64,000 nt of DNA from positions 1 through 64,000 of the IMG/VR virus record IMGVR_UViG_3300012953_000016. One strand, given 5' to 3'. This document shows, in pieces, positions 18,756-29,422 of the stretch (its first letter is position 1; each line of letters opens with the position of its first letter). Origin of the DNA: a virus. The position numbers and the translations under genes were made by a program. The notes under the pieces are model-generated. The model did not search any database and was not told the origin of the DNA. It saw only the letters and a program-made list of their open reading frames with translations.

Positions 18756-19052
18756 TTATCCCACAATAGATGCAACGCTATTTAAGTCCGTTGGTATCAA
18801 TAATCTAGTACCCGGAGGTACTTGTAAAGCCCAGCCGATGCTAGACGCTGCTGCAATGACCCACCATAACTTTCCATTACCATATATTCTTCCAGCGATT
18901 GTATCCAGGCGCTCTGCATCAGATGTTACATATTCTCTTGTGGTAATTGATCCTGATCTTACAGCAGCCCTAATTGATACGACACCTCGAGGGGTAGCAT
19001 ACTGCTTATTGCCAAAAATTAATCTTGTTCTACCGTATCTATTCAAAGCCAT
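18756..19052 (-). CDS. LysM-type baseplate wedge protein (gp53/P2 X-like)
   Basis: ERLDTIAGRIYG..KLWWVIAAA...PPGT.LLIP. Confidence 0.8.
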   Translation of the reverse strand: MALNRYGRTRLIFGNKQYATPRGVVSIRAAVRSGSITTREYVTSDAERLDTIAGRIYGNGKLWWVIAAASSIGWALQVPPGTRLLIPTDLNSVASIVG

Positions 19053-22000
19053 TATGGTGCCTTCGCCTCTTTGTCCTTGGGTTCAATCTGTGCATCGTCC
19101 GTTGCACGTTCTGAGTTCCACCCCTTAACTAGTGGGTCGTCTTTAAAGTTTAATTCTGAACCGTGAACATCCGGACCTGATAGGTTATTCATTATGTCAC
19201 CAACGTTATAAAGTGGTGCTCTATTGAATCCATCATGATCAAGTCCTGGTGGTAGATCATGGATTGGTGTAAATGATACGCTAACCTTTACCCACATTGG
19301 AGCTCTTGAGCCAAGCTTCCTAGTCTCCCATGGTGCATCAGCGTAATCATAGCTTAATGATGTTATAACGCCCGCTAAACCCCGGCCTTTTGTTGACTCA
19401 AATGCACGTACTATCGCATTCTTTTCTGGATCGAAAAACCCTCTATTTGTGCCATCAATTGGATCCGGTGTCTCCGGAGGTAATGCTGTGGTTGCACCTA
19501 AGTCTTTTTGAACTTGTTCAAAATCGTGCATCAACATACTGTGATCGACATAAAACTCGCCGTCGTATATCGCGGCGGCATCAGAATCTGCAGGAAACTT
19601 TGCAACATAAGCAGGCGGGCCTACCCGGGGTGGACCAAGCGATACTAATGGTGCACCAGGATACTCCTTTGTAACTATCTCTATGACTGTATTACTTTGT
19701 ATCTCAACATATTGTGACTCACCATCAAGCTTGACAGGCAACAACCCACCAAGTTTTTTCGGTGCATTAGACATACCCTTGTTAGATCTCATTATTGCAG
19801 TTGCACCATCTTGCCACCCATGATCTGAGTCTGAATCTGTTTCTGGTGCAGTATGTAACTTGTCATAATAGTCTTTTAGCTTCTTCCCATATTCCGCAGG
19901 ATCACCATCATTCCACTTTTCAGCGTCAGCCGCTTTTGAATTTCCTGCCTGATGATAGAAACCATCAGCTGCATCATCATGACCGATGCCGAATATTCTT
20001 GCTAGGTTAAATCTGCTATAGTTACCCTTGATCAAGTCACCGATCCTCATCCGGATTATTGGGGACGCTGCAGGGACTTGAGAGAATGGCATAATAAATG
20101 CTTTATCTCCTGAGTCTTTCATATGGGTACCTGCAGACCATTGTGGGTACACAAGTGATGTTAGCTTATTAATGCTCCACCACATTTCATCAAAGTCTTC
20201 TGGGTTCGTAGCCGCAACCATAAATGATATTGATATTGCTCTAGTAGTCTTATTAAAGATCTGTATTTGATCCATACGGCCATAGCCGCCCATTGCAGAC
20301 CATTCTGGGGAATAGTCATCTGAAATTGAGTCAAGAAATGCATGAAACGCTAGTATCTCGTTTGTTCTTAGATCTTGAAAATAAAATGGAACGTATTCAC
20401 AATCTAACTTGTTTTCAATTTCTAAAACTGTCTCAGGGGCAATCCTTCCGTTCTTAACACCTTTACCATATATTAACTTGTCCTTGAGTGGTAATAATGC
20501 TTCATGCCCCTGCCCTGATCTTAACTCATATTGTAAAGCCGCTGTTATTGTTGATTTCGGTAATAAAAACCTAGAAGGTAGTGCACCATGGCGTAGTACT
20601 GATCTAGCATTTCGTTTACTAATCCTACTTTTTGCAGTTCGGCTAGCTCCTGACTCGACAAGGTTATCAGGATCTGAACTATATGGTGAGAACGTATAAC
20701 TGTCACCGACATACATTAGATCACCTAATTTTGCACATGTCATCAAAAACCGTACTGACGTACAAGCACCTAAGGCTTTTATTATGCCTATAACACCTGC
20801 TGCTATTGAAACAGCATTCCCTCTAATCTGTGCTGCGATGTTTGCAACATCCTCTAAATCTCGTGTAGCATGACGCATAAGATTAGCAATAAACCCACCT
20901 TGTTCCATTAATGCACCGAACATATCAGCTAAATCACCAAGGCCAGGAATTCCATCTAGGTTCGGAACATTAAATAATGATCCAATCCCTCTAAGCATAC
21001 ACTTAAATAAATCGTTCTCAGTCTCTAGCTCAGGCACGCCGAGCCATGTCAATATAGGCCCTACTAAAGCATTATACCCTCGAGGACTTTGACGCTTACC
21101 TTTGGGCATTTTCCATGGTGCTTCAGGATTTCTTCTCTCTGGTAGCGCTTCTGCACCAAGCATACACAACATTATAATCCCATAAATAACTGCTGCCTGG
21201 ATTAATATTGCTAGTAACCCGCCCAAGGCTGCAGTTATCATTCCCATTGGTAAAGCGCCTGAGAATGTTTCAAAATAAGAGTTTAAGTGTCCGAATGTAT
21301 CGTCTGAATCTATCTCATTGTCAGTCCACCCAATGCCCCCTATGTTAGTATCAGCTAGAAGGTATCCGCCACTTGTTCTTTTGTATCCGCCCACGACATC
21401 AGCGGCAAGATCTGTAACAGCAATTGTGACATATGGTATACCCATTTGCTGTAAACTAGGTAATAACGAGGCCATTGACTCGCTAGCATCAGCAGCGTGA
21501 CCGACCCCTCCGACCATCAACATTCTACCTATTTCGCTTAATTTGCTAATTTCGAACCCAACGGCATCAGGATTATAAACACCCAATAGTTCTTGATGAC
21601 TGCCCATCGTACCGGTACCAGAGCCGGTAGAGAATGCGCCGTCCAAGATATATGGTGATCCAGATGTTGGGTGAAACCGATTGTTTTGTAATACCTCAGA
21701 TGTTCTCTGCTGGATTACATGAGGGCCAGGTGGTACAACCTTACCTAATACCCTATCTGGTGCTGATTGTGGCGAAGGAGTACCAGAAACTGAGGCTAAT
21801 AAAGTGTGCCCTTCGCCGCGAGATCCTTGTACACCCTTATTATAAATGTGTGGTTCGTTATCTTTTAGTGCAAACGGATTAACTGTACCCTTTGCTACAG
21901 ATGGGCTTTTGTATTCACTTACGCCTATATTTGTAAAGTCTTTCTCTTTAACAGCTCCATGCCCTAATACTTCATCTAAAAATGTCTGGTCGGTACCAGA

Positions 22001-22288
22001 ATTGTTTATTGCACCGGCATTCTTGTAAGAATCATAAACTGGTGGCGCACCTGTAACATCGCGGTGGCTTACAGCCTCTGTAGAACCTGGGGACGGATGG
22101 TATTTATTGACCTTTGCAACACTACTTAAGTAATCACCTAACTTCTCTAAGGATGCGCCTTCTCCTGATTCAGGTAGATCATCACCTTCGACAAGCATAC
22201 CATCACGGTCACCATGAGTGCCGGAGCCCTCAGGCCTGTATGTTGGCCCAAACTTATCAGTATCTAGTGGTTTCTTTGTTTCTGACAT
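19052..22288 (-). CDS. Baseplate/tail-tube initiator-like protein with hydrophobic N-terminal region
   Basis: PFYFQDLR...FHAFL.SISDDYSPEW...GR......F..T.R.ISISF, L..LVYP, P.IR.RIGD, G.ITSL; located after the tape measure gene. Confidence 0.6.
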   Translation of the reverse strand: MSETKKPLDTDKFGPTYRPEGSGTHGDRDGMLVEGDDLPESGEGASLEKLGDYLSSVAKVNKYHPSPGSTEAVSHRDVTGAPPVYDSYKNAGAINNSGTDQTFLDEVLGHGAVKEKDFTNIGVSEYKSPSVAKGTVNPFALKDNEPHIYNKGVQGSRGEGHTLLASVSGTPSPQSAPDRVLGKVVPPGPHVIQQRTSEVLQNNRFHPTSGSPYILDGAFSTGSGTGTMGSHQELLGVYNPDAVGFEISKLSEIGRMLMVGGVGHAADASESMASLLPSLQQMGIPYVTIAVTDLAADVVGGYKRTSGGYLLADTNIGGIGWTDNEIDSDDTFGHLNSYFETFSGALPMGMITAALGGLLAILIQAAVIYGIIMLCMLGAEALPERRNPEAPWKMPKGKRQSPRGYNALVGPILTWLGVPELETENDLFKCMLRGIGSLFNVPNLDGIPGLGDLADMFGALMEQGGFIANLMRHATRDLEDVANIAAQIRGNAVSIAAGVIGIIKALGACTSVRFLMTCAKLGDLMYVGDSYTFSPYSSDPDNLVESGASRTAKSRISKRNARSVLRHGALPSRFLLPKSTITAALQYELRSGQGHEALLPLKDKLIYGKGVKNGRIAPETVLEIENKLDCEYVPFYFQDLRTNEILAFHAFLDSISDDYSPEWSAMGGYGRMDQIQIFNKTTRAISISFMVAATNPEDFDEMWWSINKLTSLVYPQWSAGTHMKDSGDKAFIMPFSQVPAASPIIRMRIGDLIKGNYSRFNLARIFGIGHDDAADGFYHQAGNSKAADAEKWNDGDPAEYGKKLKDYYDKLHTAPETDSDSDHGWQDGATAIMRSNKGMSNAPKKLGGLLPVKLDGESQYVEIQSNTVIEIVTKEYPGAPLVSLGPPRVGPPAYVAKFPADSDAAAIYDGEFYVDHSMLMHDFEQVQKDLGATTALPPETPDPIDGTNRGFFDPEKNAIVRAFESTKGRGLAGVITSLSYDYADAPWETRKLGSRAPMWVKVSVSFTPIHDLPPGLDHDGFNRAPLYNVGDIMNNLSGPDVHGSELNFKDDPLVKGWNSERATDDAQIEPKDKEAKAP

Positions 22289-22291
22289 TTA

Positions 22292-22591
22292 TTACTCTTG
22301 CTTTTTTGGTGCCTTTGTTGTCTTTAGCTTCTTCTCTAAATCTTTAACAACGTTTGGATCACTCAGCGCTTTTTCAATCTTAAATATTGTCTCGGACCAT
22401 TTCTCAGCCACACCAGTCGCGTACTTTTTCATAGACTGCTTCTGGGCATCTGTCATCTTGTTTTCAGTAGAGTTATCAAACCCCTCAATATACCGTTCGA
22501 TGCCAGCCATGCCACCGATCATATCAATAATATTCTTTTTATGCTTTTCTGCACCTTCTAATTCAGGTTTCTTATTTTCTTTATCAGACAT
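22292..22591 (-). CDS. Hypothetical protein
   Basis: 99-aa ORF with AGGAG SD, tightly packed between tape measure and baseplate genes. Confidence 0.6.
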   Translation of the reverse strand: MSDKENKKPELEGAEKHKKNIIDMIGGMAGIERYIEGFDNSTENKMTDAQKQSMKKYATGVAEKWSETIFKIEKALSDPNVVKDLEKKLKTTKAPKKQE

Positions 22592-22603
22592 TTTTTTCTC
22601 CTA

Positions 22604-25600
22604 TTAAGTGTCTACAGACTGGCCGCCCTTTCTTGAAAGCTGGATTGTATTTGTCCCTCGGGGCCTCTTACTATCACTCATAGCTAGTGAAAGTTGGTCG
22701 GCATCCATTGTAACATTAAGATTAACAGTAACGTTAATCGGTTTATTCTCAACCGTAATCGTCTCAGATGTTAATGCCATGTTGTCGCCAAATTCCTGAA
22801 GCCTTGCACTAATATCTAGGGGGCCTATTGTTGCCAATAAGTTATTTAGCTCTGCATATTCTGTCATCATTGTTGTTACGGCATTAACTGCGTTAGTAAA
22901 CCCGGTCTGGATGGATGGTTCAATTTTGCTAGAAACACCCTCTAGAGTATGTTGTATCCAGGCCGCAGTAAGAATAAGGCCATCAGCATTTTGACTCAAA
23001 TAATGCCCTACATTATTAGCAGCTACGAAAGCTGGCCTAGTTCCGCCGAAAGTATGCATAAATGCCTCAAGCTCTTTTACTGCATCGGCACGGCCCTTAA
23101 TCCTCCTAGTACTAAAGTCCCAGTTGCCGGAGCCTAGTTTCGTAAGTAGCGATTCAAGACTGTTTGAGTCATTTGCCCAGTTAACGCCGTTTAACTCCAA
23201 GAAGGCGGTGTCAATCGAATCAGCGACACCGGAAAGATCATGGCCTCCGCCAGAGGTGTCCAAACCTTTCATTACGGTCACGAATTCAAATATTGTTTTT
23301 AAGGCATCAAGTGCTGGACCGACCTTCTTCACGTTCCTAGATTGGGAGTCGGTTATCGATATATTCCCTAATTTTGTTACTAGATCTTGTAAAGGACCGT
23401 TTGCTCCAAGGACTCTGTCGGTAAATGCTGTCATATTATAAATAGCTGCACCCAGCATACTTACACGTTGGCCATTAACTGAGTACTGTACTGAATCTGC
23501 TGAGCTAACAAATGAGCTGAATACGTTACTGGTACTCGGATCAAACATTTGCATTAAGTTACCAACGGCCTCGATAGCTGTGGAGACAATATCAATCTTA
23601 GGGCCCATTGTCTTGGCATCACCAACGCCACTAGCTGCCTGAACTACAGAGTTGACTAAGGTGCCTAGTGAGGGACCCATGGTAGTTAATAATTCACCTA
23701 CTGACCCAAATACCGTCTTCATAGAACCTGAGATTCTGTTTAACTTATTAACGTTGATCTTACCTTTGTTATTTTGTGCACCCTTAATAACTTGGTTAAT
23801 GATCGGGAATACACCGGACATCATTTCGCCTAAGGCCGTGAAGATTGGACCAAGCATCGGGGCAACAGCCTTAAGGGTTTCTTCAGATCCTGGTTTGATA
23901 TTATTAATCATGGTGCCAACAGATGCAATTACGTCTTTCATTACTGGGCCAAACGACTTAATCATTTTTCTCATTTGAACGCCTTGCGTTTGTGCAAAAC
24001 GTGTCATTTCTCTCATAAAGTCATCATAATCGTCATCATCAATAGAGCCTTTGATAGCCTGGAATATAGCGGGATCTGGTTGCAATGCCTTGGATATATC
24101 AGCTATAGCTCCAAAAACAGGAACGATTGCTTTAACAAGCTCAATTCCTGGACCTGTTATTTTGTTTGCAGTCTGTATAAACTCATCGCTTAGTAACCCG
24201 CCAGGCTTTGTTAATTGGTTCATTAATTGATTTAATCCCTGGCTCGTCGTTGCTGTAAATTGGGTCGCTGCCCTCATAAACTCGTCGACGTCATCATCAT
24301 CAATTCCTTCCATCACAGAGTCTATCATTCCCTGGTTTGGTTGGATGGCACCCATGATGGATCCGATTGCTGATAACACTGCACCTACTGCTTGGGCTGC
24401 CTGAACACCAAGGCCTGTTATATCTGTGCTCTTCGACAATGATATGATTTTTTCAATCACCTGGTTTATACCATTTTTAAGCATTGCATCCAGCAAATCT
24501 TTCGCAGCGCAGATATTTTTTGCCATCTGATCTGGTGCACCGTCTGGTGGAGGCTTAAGAGCCTCTAAGACCCTAGCAAATTGACCCGTGAAATTCGCGA
24601 TAGCATCTATCACGCTGACAACCATATCAACTACTGTCTTTACTTTATCAGGATTCTCTATTTGCATTCCGGCGATGTCTTTGATTGCAGGTAATACTGC
24701 TCCGACCAATGCAGATGTTAATGTTCCTAAGACGCCGAAACCAGCTAATAGTATCGCAACACCTGCAGTACCGAATGGGAATGCCATAAGCATTACGCCC
24801 AACATACCTGCTATAGGTAACATAAGTGCCGTTGTTAATAACATTGTAGAGATAGCATTCATCATAGCAGCAATCCCTTCCGGATTACTAAAGACACTTA
24901 ACATACCCCCGACTATTAAGCCGATGGCACCAAGCGCGATCATAACGATGCCAAGAACACCAAGGCCCACTGCAATTTGCATGCCGAATTTATCAGCTAT
25001 CATCCCAACAGGAATTGATAATAATATTGCAACTAGGCCTGCAACCATAATTGCGCCCATCACAATGAAGAAGTTTTTGACTCCTTCCATCGTAATAGAC
25101 ATCTGACCGAAAGCAACTAATACACCTCCCATAATCAGGGTAAGTGCAGACATGGCAAGTAGAGCAATACCAAGTTTACCCATGGCACTCATCATATCTT
25201 TCCAGCTAACTGCCTTAAGCGCTAGCGCTGCTTGCGACATTGGCAGCATTGATAACATTAAACCGATTAATACCGCTGACATTATTGCTAGTTTTGTGCT
25301 ATCAACCTGACTAACAATCGATACTGCAGCCCATAATGCCACAGCCAAGCCAACAAGCGAAACGCCAACGAAGATTATTAGTTTTGCTATGTTTGCAATA
25401 GCCTTATTCATATCAGACGACTTCAGCTTCGCGATATCTCGGATAACCTTCTTCATGGCATTAATAAATCCGCCACCACGCTTCATGGTTTTGGCGCCTT
25501 CTTTGCCTCCGGCATCAGCACCCTTTGCCATGGCACTACCAAAGAGCATCTTAAATCCCTTGAATAATACTCCCCAAACTGCACCAAGCGTCATGTTTGC

Positions 25601-27748
25601 AGCGACGGCGACAATTGTCTTAAAGATAATGGCACCAAGAATATACGGCCAGATCACTTTCCAAAGCTTACCTAAGGCAGGCTTACAAGCTTCCCATAAT
25701 GCGCCGAATGCTTCAACCAATACTGGCCAGGTGTCAACTACATTACCCCATGCAGAACTCAATGCTTGTTGTAGGCCATCTCCCAATCCTGCAGCAGCAT
25801 CTGTGAATGCACTGGGATCCCTGATAAAGTCAGCTAGCTTATGAATAAGGTTAGCCAGTCCTCTCATCATTACAGGTAGTAGACTAAGGATTAACAATGC
25901 AACTGTCTTACCAAAGGTCTTGAGGCCTTTCATGAACTGTTTGCCTGCACCCCCAGAACCATTAAAGAAATTAGCAAATATCTCTTTAATCTTCTTTGTA
26001 AAAGTCTCGACACCCGCCTTGGGGTCTGTCCTTAAGTCTCTAAATAAGTTTCTAAATGCTCCAAGCAAATCGCGTCGGAGCCTGTTAAATCTGGCGGGAC
26101 TGAATAGGTCTGTCAGGCCCTTGACCATATCTTGAATGCCGGGAAACATTTCAACAAACATTTTTCCAAGATCGCGACCGAAGCGAGATGTCTCTTTAAG
26201 GGAACCGCGGATGTTTTGGAACATTTTTCTCATCCCCTTGCCACGCATGATTCCCTTTTCAAATCCAGAAACCAGGGCTTCCATAAAGGTCTTTGGACCT
26301 CCAGAACCACCCTTAAATGTTTGTTTCATTGCATCAGCAAGCTCTTTCATAGCCTCAGCTTGGGATATAGTCTTTGCTTCAGCATCTTCTGATCCTGCAA
26401 GGATATCATCATAATCCATGTCAGAAGATAATGCCTTCTTAGCAGCCTCCTCAGATAGTCCCATCTGGGATGCTAATAATTTCATCTCTTGGCGGCTTAG
26501 ATCTTCAACAGATTTTCCTGTTGCCTGGAATGATTCTCTCATCATATCCATGCGTTTACCAGGGTCCTGCTCATTCATCATTGCCATGGCATCAATATTC
26601 ATACCAAATGCTTGAGATAGTTTTGATGCGCCCTTTGCAGCATCCTCGAAATTATCCCATGCAGAAATCACACCAGATAATTCTTTTGCCTCAATTCCTA
26701 GCTTTCGTGTATAAACTGCTAATGAAGATAAGACCTTAGGGCCGAGTGTGCCAAAGTCTGCAACGTTCCCAGCCATTGAAGCCATATCGGAGGCAATTAG
26801 CTTTGATGATATCCCAAACTGCTTACCCATATTTATAGACTGGCTGCCTACCGTATCTAACGTTTCCTCTAAGGATCTGCCGGTAGTTGCAGCCATTGTT
26901 GCTAATGACTTAAAATTATCGCCCGTTAAGCCGAGGCCTCTTCGGTATACCTCAAATACACCGGCATTATTTTCAATCTCGCCAGAGAACTGTGACATCA
27001 TTGGACCAAGGTCGGTCATCTGTTCGCCTACAGCCTTTAATGCTGCGGCTGCACCATCTCTACCTGGGCCGAATATTCGTGATAATCTAACCCCAGACCC
27101 GCCAAGGCTCTGTGACTGTTTTCGTATATTCTTAAAACCAGAGACAACTGCCTTACCTTCATTTGAAGACAGGCTACCAAACGTCTCCTTAAGATCCTCC
27201 ATCGCTTCTCGAAGAGCGGACACACCTCCGCCTGCACCTGCCGCAAAGGAGGTGAGATTATTTAATAGGCTAAAAGGTGCCATCAGTATTGCTTTACCGA
27301 TACTACCAACTATTCCTATAACTCTTTTACCGGAAGAAAGAAAACCACCTATCATATTGGTGGCACCCTTGAATGCGGACATCATTCCTACACCAAGGCC
27401 GGCAAACATACCACCCATGGGAGAAAAGACCTTAGACATCAGGCCGCCCTTTTCGGCACCCTGTGAAGCCATTTTATTAATTGCTGAGCCGGCGTTCTGT
27501 GCACTACCTTCAAGTGCAGCGGCTTCATCTGATGCTTCTGATAATCCTGCTTGAATCTCAGAGAGGCGTTCTTTCATGCCATCTAGACCTTCACAGTCTA
27601 AAGCATTACACATCTCAACAGCAGTTTGAGTTTGAGCCGAAAGAAACTTAGCTTGATTCTTCAAGATCGCAGTTCTGGCTTGCAGAACTTTATTGATCTG
27701 ATTTTGAATATCTAATTGACCGGCGGCCTCTTTATTATTATCAGCCAT
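22604..27748 (-). CDS. Tape measure protein
   Basis: 1714 aa, helical and Ala/Gly/Met-rich with many hydrophobic segments; follows tube and chaperone genes; late-like motif at 27782-27788. Confidence 0.85.
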   Translation of the reverse strand: MADNNKEAAGQLDIQNQINKVLQARTAILKNQAKFLSAQTQTAVEMCNALDCEGLDGMKERLSEIQAGLSEASDEAAALEGSAQNAGSAINKMASQGAEKGGLMSKVFSPMGGMFAGLGVGMMSAFKGATNMIGGFLSSGKRVIGIVGSIGKAILMAPFSLLNNLTSFAAGAGGGVSALREAMEDLKETFGSLSSNEGKAVVSGFKNIRKQSQSLGGSGVRLSRIFGPGRDGAAAALKAVGEQMTDLGPMMSQFSGEIENNAGVFEVYRRGLGLTGDNFKSLATMAATTGRSLEETLDTVGSQSINMGKQFGISSKLIASDMASMAGNVADFGTLGPKVLSSLAVYTRKLGIEAKELSGVISAWDNFEDAAKGASKLSQAFGMNIDAMAMMNEQDPGKRMDMMRESFQATGKSVEDLSRQEMKLLASQMGLSEEAAKKALSSDMDYDDILAGSEDAEAKTISQAEAMKELADAMKQTFKGGSGGPKTFMEALVSGFEKGIMRGKGMRKMFQNIRGSLKETSRFGRDLGKMFVEMFPGIQDMVKGLTDLFSPARFNRLRRDLLGAFRNLFRDLRTDPKAGVETFTKKIKEIFANFFNGSGGAGKQFMKGLKTFGKTVALLILSLLPVMMRGLANLIHKLADFIRDPSAFTDAAAGLGDGLQQALSSAWGNVVDTWPVLVEAFGALWEACKPALGKLWKVIWPYILGAIIFKTIVAVAANMTLGAVWGVLFKGFKMLFGSAMAKGADAGGKEGAKTMKRGGGFINAMKKVIRDIAKLKSSDMNKAIANIAKLIIFVGVSLVGLAVALWAAVSIVSQVDSTKLAIMSAVLIGLMLSMLPMSQAALALKAVSWKDMMSAMGKLGIALLAMSALTLIMGGVLVAFGQMSITMEGVKNFFIVMGAIMVAGLVAILLSIPVGMIADKFGMQIAVGLGVLGIVMIALGAIGLIVGGMLSVFSNPEGIAAMMNAISTMLLTTALMLPIAGMLGVMLMAFPFGTAGVAILLAGFGVLGTLTSALVGAVLPAIKDIAGMQIENPDKVKTVVDMVVSVIDAIANFTGQFARVLEALKPPPDGAPDQMAKNICAAKDLLDAMLKNGINQVIEKIISLSKSTDITGLGVQAAQAVGAVLSAIGSIMGAIQPNQGMIDSVMEGIDDDDVDEFMRAATQFTATTSQGLNQLMNQLTKPGGLLSDEFIQTANKITGPGIELVKAIVPVFGAIADISKALQPDPAIFQAIKGSIDDDDYDDFMREMTRFAQTQGVQMRKMIKSFGPVMKDVIASVGTMINNIKPGSEETLKAVAPMLGPIFTALGEMMSGVFPIINQVIKGAQNNKGKINVNKLNRISGSMKTVFGSVGELLTTMGPSLGTLVNSVVQAASGVGDAKTMGPKIDIVSTAIEAVGNLMQMFDPSTSNVFSSFVSSADSVQYSVNGQRVSMLGAAIYNMTAFTDRVLGANGPLQDLVTKLGNISITDSQSRNVKKVGPALDALKTIFEFVTVMKGLDTSGGGHDLSGVADSIDTAFLELNGVNWANDSNSLESLLTKLGSGNWDFSTRRIKGRADAVKELEAFMHTFGGTRPAFVAANNVGHYLSQNADGLILTAAWIQHTLEGVSSKIEPSIQTGFTNAVNAVTTMMTEYAELNNLLATIGPLDISARLQEFGDNMALTSETITVENKPINVTVNLNVTMDADQLSLAMSDSKRPRGTNTIQLSRKGGQSVDT

Positions 27749-27814
27749 TTACTGATTGGCTCCTCTTGCATTTGATAGGAATAAATAGGCGGTTGGCCTA
27801 AAATTCTAATACAA

Positions 27815-28087
27815 TTATAGCAACCAGCGAATACCTGTAACCTGTTGAAACCCTACGGAGGCTACACGTTTATTCTCCAGGAGTCTGGTGACAGATTTTA
27901 GAGTTGCACCAGGATTATTTAGCTCTTCGAAAAGTGCCTTTGATGCATTAACGACTTTTTTTGTTGCAGTTATTCTTTCAGGGCTACCCTGAATCTTGAT
28001 ATTGGATTTTTCACCAAGAATATACGCGGCAACTGCAACATGAAAAGCCTTATAAGCAGCAGTTTCTTTTGAAAGTTCTTTATCCAT
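27815..28087 (-). CDS. Hypothetical tail-associated protein
   Basis: AGGAGG SD; late motif at 28103-28109. Confidence 0.65.
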   Translation of the reverse strand: MDKELSKETAAYKAFHVAVAAYILGEKSNIKIQGSPERITATKKVVNASKALFEELNNPGATLKSVTRLLENKRVASVGFQQVTGIRWLL

Positions 28088-28115
28088 ATTTGCCTCCTAA
28101 ATTAATTATGGCGTT

Positions 28116-28403
28116 CTAAGTAAAACGCCTTAGATTAGCAGGCACCTGGCTTCTATGTCTACCCATCAATTCTCGAGACTCTGCATCATTATGATGAGCG
28201 GCACGGGTGGCTGCACCGTTGCCATTGTTCGCATCATTTGATCTCTTAATCTCTTTATTAAGACGCTTCAGAAACCATATACGTTGCCATACCGGTACGT
28301 TATATGCTTCTACATAGGTAAAGCCCATATAGTACATCAACGTAAAAATATGTTCTAGATAGACTTCTTTATCATTCGGTGTCAGGCCAAAAAAACGAAG
28401 CAC
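28116..28403 (-). CDS. Tail assembly chaperone, T-like segment (probably reached by frameshift)
   Basis: F.L.YY.GF...EAY..P...R.WFL.RL pattern; overlaps the upstream ORF at a T7 run; no well-spaced SD. Confidence 0.65.
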   Translation of the reverse strand: MLRFFGLTPNDKEVYLEHIFTLMYYMGFTYVEAYNVPVWQRIWFLKRLNKEIKRSNDANNGNGAATRAAHHNDAESRELMGRHRSQVPANLRRFT

Positions 28404-29241
28404 CCATCGGGAGACGCACCTCCGATGACTCTAAACATGCGGGACAGTCCATCCACGATTTCATATCGATACCGGGTTCTGCCCGGTCAATATGACGCCT
28501 CAGCTCTAGAGAGTCACGAGCTGGCATATTCCTAATAAACATTCCAATCTTAGTTCTATCAGTAATACCTTCAATAGAAACTAATGCATGCTGAAGTCTG
28601 GTCGTTACAAGATTTTCGCCTGATAAACCTGACTTCTTTTTTCGTTCCATTGTAATCATGATTTCTTGCTCATCACGACCGGTCAAAAACTTAAACCGCA
28701 CATTCTTTTTAGATACTGGAAGGTGGAACTCAAACAAGTTAGCACCCTCAGCTACAGGGGCAATGTCTAGCCGCTTAATTGGAAGTTCTGTCAGGTTAAA
28801 TGCTTGTTTTGATCTTTCGCCACATGCCGGACAATCAACTTCTACATTATATTCTGCACCATAACCCGTAATCCGGAGCGCAGTCATAATTGCATTTCTA
28901 TCACCAGCTAGCATTCGGTCAGGCTCAATATTCTTATCAACTAAACAAGACTTAAGAAGATGAGTAATTACAGTACCCTTCTTAATAAGCGCCTTAGAGG
29001 TAAGAATATCTTCTTCCTTTGCGGTCATCGCTCTAATATCGACAGTCTCTGTATTAAAGAGGGGATCCTCGGCAGTGTAGGTAATACCTCTGGATGGAAG
29101 CGGTACAGTTTCAACAGGAATTTCGAACCCGAAATCGTCTTTCATAACGTTTCGGGTAGGCATACCTGGGTGTCTCGCTCCGGGATTGTCTCCCTTAAAG
29201 ATCTCATTTTTTTCTGATCTTGTTTTCTTATCGTCAGCCAC
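28372..29241 (-). CDS. Baseplate hub assembly / tail assembly chaperone (T4 gp26-like)
   Basis: VPLPSRG, MTAKEEDIL, GDR.AI...RI..YG, two CPAC motifs, C-terminal FFWP; GTG start with GGAG SD. Confidence 0.8.
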   Translation of the reverse strand: MADDKKTRSEKNEIFKGDNPGARHPGMPTRNVMKDDFGFEIPVETVPLPSRGITYTAEDPLFNTETVDIRAMTAKEEDILTSKALIKKGTVITHLLKSCLVDKNIEPDRMLAGDRNAIMTALRITGYGAEYNVEVDCPACGERSKQAFNLTELPIKRLDIAPVAEGANLFEFHLPVSKKNVRFKFLTGRDEQEIMITMERKKKSGLSGENLVTTRLQHALVSIEGITDRTKIGMFIRNMPARDSLELRRHIDRAEPGIDMKSWMDCPACLESSEVRLPMGASFFWPDTE

Positions 29242-29358
29242 GTTTCATCTCCATTTGATATAGCACTATGCTATCTTCATATATCATTGCTATGCTTTAA
29301 GTATCCACCAGGAGGAAAATTCTGTAAAACTATTTTGCAGTGGAGATTCTAAAAATGA

Positions 29359-29385
29359 CAAAAGCCCACCTATGGTGGGCTTTTG
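29359..29385 (-). terminator. Intrinsic terminator after the tail tube gene
   Basis: CAAAAGCCCACC-3 nt-GGTGGGCTTTTG inverted repeat. Confidence 0.75.
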
Positions 29386-29422
29386 ATTCGAATTATCGCG
29401 TTAAACGATTAGTATTAGTATA

